Shown one piece after another: positions 57,591 to 64,000 of a stretch of DNA of 64,000 bases. The notes beneath the pieces are model-generated. The model did not search any database. It was not told the DNA's origin and was given only the letters and a program-made list of their open reading frames with translations. The stretch covers positions 83,840-147,839 of the forward strand of contig JANRJV010000011.1 of assembly GCA_033763795.1 (NCBI GenBank). Direction: 5' to 3'. This stretch comes from Planctomycetota bacterium (lineage in GTDB: Bacteria; Planctomycetota; Phycisphaerae; Phycisphaerales; UBA1924). Numbering within the stretch: position 1 is the first letter of the stretch; each line of letters starts with the position of its first letter. The position numbers and the translations under genes are program-made.

Positions 57591-58147
57591 GCGGCCCCTC
57601 TTCCCTCGATCTGCTCAAGCGTCTCGGCGCGGGCGTCCGACCCGACCCGGCCGTCCCCGCCGCGGCACGACCCGCCGTCGAGTCCGCGGGCTTCTCGTCG
57701 CTCCTCGAGCAGGCCCGCGCCGGAGACTTCGACAGCGGCCGAGCGCTGGGCGTCGAACCGGGCATCAAGGTCAAGCTCTCCTCCGAGCAGCTCGAGCGCC
57801 TCGCCGCCGTCGCCGACGCCGCCGAGGCCGCCGGCGCCTCCCGGATGCTCGCCGTCATCGACGGCCAGCCCGTGGGCATCGACGTCAACAACCGCACCAT
57901 CATCGCCGGCCCCGATCAGCTGGGCTCGCGCATGCTCACGGACTTCGACGCCGTCGTCATGGTCCCCGACGCGCCGCCCCGCGGCGTGCGCGAAGCCCTC
58001 GCCGGACGCGCCAGGCCCGCACGCCCCGAAGACCCCTTCGCCGCGCTACAGAAGCCCGGCAACGGCTCCGTCGCCGCCCTCCTCGCCTCCCTCGACCAGC
58101 GACGCCGCACCGACCAACCCACCGACGCCGCCTCCAACCAGGAGTAA
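57572..58147 (+). CDS. Uncharacterised flagellar-operon protein between flgD and flgE
   Basis: The ORF lies in the flgD-flgE gap. The TTG at 57587 (TTGA overlap with the flgD stop, GGAGGG 6 nt upstream) is at least as likely a start as the ATG at 57572. Similar small ORFs occupy this slot in Firmicutes and spirochaete fla operons. Assignment is by position only. Confidence 0.45.
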   Translation: MGGRDLSGPSSLDLLKRLGAGVRPDPAVPAAARPAVESAGFSSLLEQARAGDFDSGRALGVEPGIKVKLSSEQLERLAAVADAAEAAGASRMLAVIDGQPVGIDVNNRTIIAGPDQLGSRMLTDFDAVVMVPDAPPRGVREALAGRARPARPEDPFAALQKPGNGSVAALLASLDQRRRTDQPTDAASNQE

Positions 58148-58155
58148 ACGACACC

Positions 58156-59886
58156 ATGCCCTCCACCGTCGCGCTCTTCACGGGAATGACCGGGCTCACC
58201 GTCAACGCCCGCCGGCTCGAAGTCATCGGCAACAACATCTCCAACGTCAACTCCTTCGCCTTCAAGTCGACCCGCATGATCTTCTCCCCCACCTTCAGCC
58301 GCGACTTCACCCTCGGCACACTCCCCGGCGATTCCACCGGCGGCTCCAACCCCGGACAGGTCGGCCTGGGCGTCAACCTCGCCGGAACGCAGCGAAACTT
58401 CAACAACGGCGCCATCTCCAACACCGGGATCAACACCGACCTCGCCGTCGAGGGCGACGGCTTCTTCATCGTCAGCCGCAACAACGAGCAGTTCTACACC
58501 CGCGCCGGCGCCTTCCAGTTCAACGCCGAGAACGACCTCACCACCGTCACGGGCGAACGCCTCCAGGGCTACGCCGTCGACGAGAACTTCAACCTCGTCA
58601 CGGGCTCGCTCACCAACGTCAACATCCCCATCGGAAAGCTCTCCATCGCCGAGGCAACCCAGAACGTCCGATTCTCGGGCAACCTCAAGGCCAACGGAGA
58701 CGTCGCCACCACCGGCTCCGTCCTCGAGCTCGCCGCCACCGGCATCGTCGACGGCACCACCCTCCTCACCGCACTGGGCGGCGGCGCGCTCGTCGACACC
58801 GACGTCATCACCATCACCGGCGCACTCCGCGACGGAAAGACGCTCCCCGACGCCACCTTCACCGTCACCGCCGCCTCAACCGTGAGCGACCTCGCACGCT
58901 TCCTCCGCGACGCGCTGGGCATCGTCCACGAGGGCGGCTACCAGGTCGGCGACCCCACCGGCGCACCCGAGCCCGGCGGCTTCGCCACCGCCGCCGACCT
59001 GCTCACCGTCACCGGAAACTCGGGCCGCTCCAACGACCTCACGCTCCTCTCCACCAACATCACCGTCGCCGACGCCACCGGAGCCGCCAAGACAAGCCCC
59101 TTCACCGCCGCCAAGACCGCCTCCGCCGCCGGAGAGAGCGTCCGCACAACCTTCGTCGTCCACGACTCGCTGGGCTCGCCCGTTGAAGTGGACATGACCA
59201 TGGTCCTCGTCGCCCGCAACGACTCGGGAACCTTCTGGCGGACCTACCTGCACTCGGCCGCCGACTCCGACCAGGCCCTCCACCTGGAAACCGGCGCCCG
59301 CGTCGAGCCGCCCACCGGACCCGTCCCGCTCGTGCAGTTCGACAACTTCGGCCGACTCGTCTCGCCCACCAACATCTCCATGGAGATCGACCGCACCGGC
59401 ACCGGCGCCGACGACCCGCTCACCGTCTCCATCGCCCTGGCCACTTCCGGAGACACCGTCACCGCCTTCTCCGATCGCTCCTCCGCCGAGTCGCAGCTCG
59501 CCGCAGTCTTCGAAGACGGCTCGCGACTGGGCGTCCTCTCCAGCTTCTCCGTCGGCGCCAACGGCGTCATCACCGGAGGCTTCAGCAACGGCCTCACCCG
59601 CACCATCGGGCAGCTCGCCCTCGCCACCTTCACAAACCCCGAAGGCCTCGTCGACTCCGGAAACAACCTCTTCCGCGTCGGACCGAACTCCGGAAGCGCC
59701 GTCGTCACCAACCCGCTCGAGTTCGGCGCGGGCCGGGTGCTGGGAGGAGCCCTCGAGCTCTCCAACGTCGACCTCTCCGAAGAGTTCATCAACATGATCC
59801 TCACCTCGACCGGCTACTCCGCCTCCTCCCGCGTCATCACCACCACCGACGAGCTCCTCCAGCAGCTCCTCGTCATCGGGCGGTAA
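58156..59886 (+). CDS. flgE: Flagellar hook protein FlgE
   Basis: N-terminus ALFTGMTGLTVNARRLEVIGNNISNVNSFAFK, DLAVEGDGFF, and C-terminus LELSNVDLSEEFINMILTSTGYSASSRVITTTDELLQQL. Confidence 0.9.
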   Translation: MPSTVALFTGMTGLTVNARRLEVIGNNISNVNSFAFKSTRMIFSPTFSRDFTLGTLPGDSTGGSNPGQVGLGVNLAGTQRNFNNGAISNTGINTDLAVEGDGFFIVSRNNEQFYTRAGAFQFNAENDLTTVTGERLQGYAVDENFNLVTGSLTNVNIPIGKLSIAEATQNVRFSGNLKANGDVATTGSVLELAATGIVDGTTLLTALGGGALVDTDVITITGALRDGKTLPDATFTVTAASTVSDLARFLRDALGIVHEGGYQVGDPTGAPEPGGFATAADLLTVTGNSGRSNDLTLLSTNITVADATGAAKTSPFTAAKTASAAGESVRTTFVVHDSLGSPVEVDMTMVLVARNDSGTFWRTYLHSAADSDQALHLETGARVEPPTGPVPLVQFDNFGRLVSPTNISMEIDRTGTGADDPLTVSIALATSGDTVTAFSDRSSAESQLAAVFEDGSRLGVLSSFSVGANGVITGGFSNGLTRTIGQLALATFTNPEGLVDSGNNLFRVGPNSGSAVVTNPLEFGAGRVLGGALELSNVDLSEEFINMILTSTGYSASSRVITTTDELLQQLLVIGR

Positions 59887-60048
59887 ACTCGCGGGACGCC
59901 GGCAAGTTTCGACCCTCATCGTCGTTGTTTCTCGGACCGGCCCTCAACTCCCGCGCCGCGGGGGTCGATGCACACCGGCCGCGCGCCGGGTCCGCAAACC
60001 CCGCCGCGCCCGCCACGCCGTCCAGCGCCCCGCACCCCGGAACTCACG

Positions 60049-60549
60049 ATGACGGGCACAACGACCCACCTCTCCCTCCTCACCCTGAGCGGCGTCGAAT
60101 CCGCCGCCGCCGCACTCGTCGGCTCCGCTCCCCTGCCGACCGTGCAGCCGTGGCTCGTCGCCGTCGTCGTGGGATGCTGCGCCTGCGCCGCCGCGGCCTC
60201 CGCGGAAGTCGGCCGCGCCTTCCGCGATCCTCCCGGCGCCGACGACCACCGAACTCTCCGCCGCCTGGCGCTCGACCGCGCCGTCACCCTCGGACTTATC
60301 GCCCTCATGCTCGGGCTCCTGACCTTCGGCGCCGCCGCCGTTATCCGCGCCGGAGAAGGACCGCTCCTGGCCCTCGCCGCCGTGCTCGCACTCTTCGCAA
60401 CGCCCCTGTGCGTCGTCTGCGTCGAGTGGATCCACGCGCCCCGCGCCGAGGCACGGGCCCGCGGCGTGCTCGCCCGTCTCAGGCATCCCCCCGCCCCGGA
60501 TTCGGTAGCTGACCCCGCCCCCGACCGGGCACTCCGCCGCGCCGCCTGA
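60049..60549 (+). CDS. Hypothetical polytopic membrane protein in the flgE-fliL gap
   Basis: Frame of track ORF 59968..60549. From the ATG at 60049 the codons are strongly GC3-biased like the flanking genes. Three or four hydrophobic segments (WLVAVVVGCCACAAAA, VTLGLIALMLGLLTFGAAAVI, LLALAAVLALFATPLCVVCV). The competing minus-strand ORFs are Arg/Gly-rich junk. Confidence 0.4.
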   Translation: MTGTTTHLSLLTLSGVESAAAALVGSAPLPTVQPWLVAVVVGCCACAAAASAEVGRAFRDPPGADDHRTLRRLALDRAVTLGLIALMLGLLTFGAAAVIRAGEGPLLALAAVLALFATPLCVVCVEWIHAPRAEARARGVLARLRHPPAPDSVADPAPDRALRRAA

Positions 60550-60739
60550 GGTTCTCGGCCCTGCAGAACCCTCGCTGCTGACCCACAACGTGCCGCTTCC
60601 GGCCCGGACCGCCCCCGCGACCCATCAACCTGAGCGCAGAGCCTGCGCGTTCCGACACATACCTGCCGGAAGGTCGGCCTGAGGCGGGGGGAGGGTCCCC
60701 GAGGAGGCGCGCCGTCCCCGGCAAGGTCGGAGTTGTGAC

Positions 60740-61381
60740 ATGGCCGAAAAAGCTCCCGCACCCGCTCCCGCGCCCGCCGCCGAAGCCGCGCCGCCCAAGA
60801 AGGGCCTGCCGGTCAAGACCATCGCCGCCGTCGCAGTGCTGCTGGTCGTCGAGGCGGTCGTGGTCATCGGCGTGGTCAAGGTCCTGGGCAAGCCGTCCGA
60901 GGTCAAGGGCGTCGAGCTCGAACACGCCGAGCATGACGACAGCGCCATGCTCGTCGAAATCCCGCTCCTCCACGAGAAGTTCACCAACAACTCCTCGGGA
61001 CGCGTCTGGATGTGGGACACTGAGGTCATCCTGAAGGTCAAGAAGAAGCACGCCGGCGAGCCCGAGGCAGAAGGCGGCGAAAAGAAGGACGACGGCCACG
61101 GCGGGGGCAAGGAAGAAGCCGCCGACGCCCACGCCGCCGAGAAGCCCGCGGGCATGACCGTCCGCGAAGAAATGAAGCAGCGCATGGCCGAGATCCGCAC
61201 AGGAGTCGGGGCCATCGTCAGCGCCGCCCAGCATCCCTACTTCACCGAGCCCGGACGCGAGACCCTCAGCCGGCAGATCCTCGAATACCTCCGCGGCGTC
61301 TTCGGTCAGGACGCCGAAGGACACGAACGCATCGAGGAAGTCCTCATCCCGCGCTGCCTGGGATTCCCGGCCGACTATTGA
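60740..61381 (+). CDS. fliL: Flagellar basal-body-associated protein FliL
   Basis: Ala/Pro-rich N-terminus, a single TM (VKTIAAVAVLLVVEAVVVIGVV), a periplasmic domain, and position before fliN. Confidence 0.65.
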   Translation: MAEKAPAPAPAPAAEAAPPKKGLPVKTIAAVAVLLVVEAVVVIGVVKVLGKPSEVKGVELEHAEHDDSAMLVEIPLLHEKFTNNSSGRVWMWDTEVILKVKKKHAGEPEAEGGEKKDDGHGGGKEEAADAHAAEKPAGMTVREEMKQRMAEIRTGVGAIVSAAQHPYFTEPGRETLSRQILEYLRGVFGQDAEGHERIEEVLIPRCLGFPADY

Positions 61382-61495
61382 GCACATGACCCCAGCCGGC
61401 GTCGAAAGCTGGGGACGCCGCCCGCCCCCGGCCGATACTGCCTGAAGCCGAAACCCGGCGCGCGGAGCCGCCGGGACGGTCACGGTGTGCGCCCA

Positions 61496-62023
61496 ATGGC
61501 TGACGACCCCACCATCCCGCCCGAGCAGCCGGCCGCGCCGGACCCGCAGGGCGGCTCGGCCGAGGATCTCGCCGCCGAAGCGCTCGCCGCCGCCCAGGAA
61601 GCCGTCGCCGCGCTCAGTGCCCAGGCCCCGGACGCTCCCGCCCCCGAAGCCGCCGCACGCGAGCCCTCCGCCCCCGCATCCCCCGGTCCCGACGCGTCCG
61701 CGCAGCCCCAGCCTCAGCCGCTGAGCATCCCGGACTTCGGCGACATGCCCCAGCCCGCCGCCCCCGCGGGCATCGCCCTGCTCTCCGACGTCAATCTCAA
61801 CGTCAAGATCGAGCTGGGCCGCACCCGCATGCTCGTCCAGGACGTCCTCAAGCTGGGCGACGGCTCCGTCGTCGAGCTCGACAAGCTCGCCGGCGACCCC
61901 GTCGACGTCTACGTCAACGATCGACACATCGCACGCGGCGAAGTCCTCGTGCTCAACGACAACTTCTGCGTCCGCATCAACGAGATCCTCGCCCCGGTCG
62001 TGCCGGCGGCGGCAGTCAAGTAG
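61496..62023 (+). CDS. fliN: Flagellar motor switch protein FliN
   Basis: C-terminal SpoA domain LLSDVNLNVKIELGRTRMLVQDVLKLGDGSVVELDKLAGDPVDVYVNDRHIARGEVLVLNDNFCVRINEI. ATG at 61496, with an alternative GTG at 61487. Confidence 0.85.
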   Translation: MADDPTIPPEQPAAPDPQGGSAEDLAAEALAAAQEAVAALSAQAPDAPAPEAAAREPSAPASPGPDASAQPQPQPLSIPDFGDMPQPAAPAGIALLSDVNLNVKIELGRTRMLVQDVLKLGDGSVVELDKLAGDPVDVYVNDRHIARGEVLVLNDNFCVRINEILAPVVPAAAVK

Positions 62024-62102
62024 CACCACGCGGGGCGACAACGCCCCGACGCATCGTTCCCACAGGCGGCGGAGCCGCCTTGCCCACAGCCAGGACGGCG
62101 AC

Positions 62103-62894
62103 ATGGCACCACGCACAGCCCGCTCGCTCCCGCACGCTCTGCGCTGCGCGCCCATCGCGCTCGCCGCGCTCATGCTCGCACCCGCGCCCGCCGCCGCGCA
62201 GTTCGAAGCGCCGGGGCCGGAGATCGCCGCCCCCGCCGCCGTCACCGCGCCGCCCGCCGATCACTTCGATTCCACGCATCTGCTCGCCCGGCCCGAGCCG
62301 GCCCCGCCGACCGAACTGGCCCGGCTCCGCGAGTCGGCAACGTCGCTCGGCGCTCCCGCCGCGCCCCCCGTTTCCACGGGCCCCGATGACGCCGCCCCCC
62401 GGTGGCCCTGGTGGATGCAGACCGGGCTGGCCCTCGGCGCCGTCCTCGCACTCATCCTCGCATTCAAGATGATCTTCGTCGCGCTCGCCCGGCGGACGGG
62501 CGGGCTCGCCGCCTCCTTCGGCCCCGCGGGCCGCGCTCCCTCCGGGCTCCTCGAAGTGCTGGGCCGCTACCCCGTCGCGCGCGGCCAGAGCTTCGTGCTC
62601 CTGCGCGTCGACCGCCGCGTGCTCCTCATCGCGCAGGCCGGCGGCGAGTTCCGCACCCTCACGGAGATCATCGACCCCGAAGACGTCGCCTCCATCATCG
62701 TCAAAGCCCGCGATGAAGAGGGCGCCTCCGGGGCCGCACGCTTCAACCAGATGCTCCGCGACCTCGAGCGCGACCCCGGCGTGCTGGACGACGTGACGCC
62801 CTCGCCGGGGCCCGCCCACGCGATCGCCGCAGCGCCCGAGGGACCGCTCGCGGCCCTGCGCCGCCGCATCAGCGCCGCGGGGGTGCGCGCGTGA
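62103..62894 (+). CDS. fliO: FliO/FliZ-like flagellar biosynthesis protein
   Basis: Signal-like N-terminus, then TM WWMQTGLALGAVLALILAFKMIFV. This is followed by LLEVLGRYPVARGQSFVLLRVDRRVLLIAQAGGEFRTLTEI, which is the FliO pattern. It lies immediately before fliP with a GTGA overlap. Confidence 0.55.
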   Translation: MAPRTARSLPHALRCAPIALAALMLAPAPAAAQFEAPGPEIAAPAAVTAPPADHFDSTHLLARPEPAPPTELARLRESATSLGAPAAPPVSTGPDDAAPRWPWWMQTGLALGAVLALILAFKMIFVALARRTGGLAASFGPAGRAPSGLLEVLGRYPVARGQSFVLLRVDRRVLLIAQAGGEFRTLTEIIDPEDVASIIVKARDEEGASGAARFNQMLRDLERDPGVLDDVTPSPGPAHAIAAAPEGPLAALRRRISAAGVRA

Positions 62895-63733
62895 TCCGCC
62901 TCCGCGCCGCCGCCCTCGTCCTCCCGCTGCTGACCCTCGCGTCCGCCCGCGCGCAGGACGCGTTGTTCGTCGGCCCGCCCGCCCCCGAGACCGTCCAGGC
63001 CCCGCTCATGAACCCCGTGTCGATGCTCGAAGCCGCGGCCCAGGCGGCGCCGGGCTTGGGCGGCGACCTCTCCTCAACCCTCAACATCATCTTCCTGCTC
63101 ACGGTCCTCTCGCTGGCGCCGGCCATCATGGTGATGTGCACGTGCTTCGTGCGCTTCATCATCGTCTTCGCGCTGCTCAAGCAGGCGCTCGGCGCCCAGA
63201 ACATCCCGCCCGCGCAGGTCATCACGGGCCTCTCGCTCTTCATGACCTTCCTCGTCATGGCCCCGACCTTCGACCGCATCAACCGCGAGGCCCTCGTCCC
63301 CTACGACCGCGGCGAGATCGCCACCCAGGCCGAGATGTGGGACCGCGCCAAGCAGCCGCTCCGCGACTTCATGTTCGCCCAGATCGACGCCGCCGAGAAC
63401 TGGTCCTCGCTCTACATGATCCTCAACTACCGGGGCGTCGACACCTCCCGCCCCGAGCGCCTCACCCGCGCCGACGTCGACATGCTCACGCTCGTCCCCG
63501 CCTACATGCTCAGCGAGCTCAAGGTCGCCTTCCTCATGGGCTTCCGCGTCTACCTCCCCTTCCTCATCATCGACATGGTCATCTCCGCGCTGCTCATCTC
63601 CATGAGCATGATGATGCTCCCACCCGTGCTCATCAGCCTCCCCTTCAAGCTGCTCCTGTTCGTCCTCGTCGACGGCTGGCAGCTCGTCGTGGGCTCGCTC
63701 CTGCAGTCGGTCGTCCAGCCCGCGGCGGGATAG
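62891..63733 (+). CDS. fliP: Flagellar export apparatus protein FliP
   Basis: Signal peptide, then LSLAPAIMVMCTCFVRFIIVFALLKQALGAQNIPPAQVITGLSLFMTFLVMAP and FLIIDMVISALLISMSMMMLPP, both typical of FliP. Confidence 0.9.
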   Translation: MIRLRAAALVLPLLTLASARAQDALFVGPPAPETVQAPLMNPVSMLEAAAQAAPGLGGDLSSTLNIIFLLTVLSLAPAIMVMCTCFVRFIIVFALLKQALGAQNIPPAQVITGLSLFMTFLVMAPTFDRINREALVPYDRGEIATQAEMWDRAKQPLRDFMFAQIDAAENWSSLYMILNYRGVDTSRPERLTRADVDMLTLVPAYMLSELKVAFLMGFRVYLPFLIIDMVISALLISMSMMMLPPVLISLPFKLLLFVLVDGWQLVVGSLLQSVVQPAAG

Positions 63734-63814
63734 CCCCGCCCGCTCACCCACACGCCCCCTTCCCCGCGCCGCCCCCGCGCGCGACCTTGGCCCCGCCCCA
63801 GAGACGCCCCCGCC

Positions 63815-64000
63815 GTGCAGATCGACGACGCCACCATCGACCTCGTGAAGCAGGCCCTCATCATCATGATGAAGATCAGCTTTCCCGTGCTCGCCGCGGG
63901 GATCATCATCGGCCTGATCATCAGCATCTTCCAGAGCGTCACCTCCATCCAGGAGCAAACGCTCGCCCTCGTCCCCAAGATCTTCGCGATGACCGCCATG
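63815..64000 (+). CDS. fliQ: Flagellar export apparatus protein FliQ (3'-truncated by the window end)
   Basis: Not in the ORF track because it has no stop. My own translation from the GTG at 63815 is VQIDDATIDLVKQALIIMMKISFPVLAAGIIIGLIISIFQSVTSIQEQTLALVPKIFAMTAM. This matches the FliQ pattern (..GL.iSi.Qa.TqiqEqTL.f.PKi). Confidence 0.8.
   Translation, partial: MQIDDATIDLVKQALIIMMKISFPVLAAGIIIGLIISIFQSVTSIQEQTLALVPKIFAMTAM

Noticed and set aside
60479-62245. 588-aa minus-strand ORF
   Set aside because: It is antisense to fliL and fliN. It has no motifs and its composition is typical of the wrong frame at high GC.

Overview
The window is a very GC-rich bacterial chromosome segment (about 70% GC by eye, not computed). 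It is densely coding on both strands. I found no rRNA, tRNA, CRISPR array or recognisable mobile element. Many long ORFs in the supplied track are Arg/Gly/Ala/Pro-rich shadows of real genes in other frames or on the opposite strand, which is usual at this GC content.

There are three blocks.

(1) About 1-20.9 kb holds housekeeping and envelope genes. These are a secreted HExxH metalloprotease with a dockerin-like tail, a DUF255/thioredoxin-domain protein, rpmB, a beta-lactamase-family hydrolase, sucC, rpmH and rnc. The block also contains a same-strand string of a BatA-N/VWA protein, a beta-barrel OMP, a Tat alkaline phosphatase and a MoxR ATPase. A PEP-CTERM protein and a stand-alone CoaB complete it.

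(2) 21.0-38.6 kb is a type IV filament (T4P/T2SS-like) locus. It encodes two GspE/PilB-type ATPases, PilT, one PilC/GspF platform protein and six consecutive prepilin-type proteins of 376, 264, 387, 526, 672 and 1447 aa. Four of the junctions between consecutive genes in the pilC-to-fourth-prepilin run share stop and start nucleotides. The locus ends with an 83-aa Cys-rich ORF. No secretin, prepilin peptidase, PilMNOP or small major pilin is present in the window.

(3) 38.6-64.0 kb starts with a convergent three-gene envelope operon and a TPR protein. A FlgN-like gene, a sensor-less histidine kinase and a sigma-54 (NtrC-family) response regulator follow, placed directly upstream of a large flagellar operon. 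That operon runs flgB-flgC-fliE-fliF-fliG-fliH-fliI-fliJ-motE/ylxF-like-fliK-flgD-orf-flgE-orf-fliL-fliN-fliO-fliP-fliQ, with fliQ truncated at the window end. The order matches the Bacillus/spirochaete fla operon, but fliM is missing from its usual fliL-fliN slot.

Gene content (PEP-CTERM, dockerin-like tails, BatA-N proteins, many prepilin-like proteins, flagella) and GC content suggest a Planctomycetota/Phycisphaerae-like organism. That is a weak inference with no search behind it.

The most unusual item is the pilus/secretion-like locus with its enlarged pseudopilins and 1447-aa GspK-like protein. Candidate sigma-54 promoters precede the second PilB-type gene and flgB. All functional calls rest on motifs read by eye in the translations. 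No database search was run.
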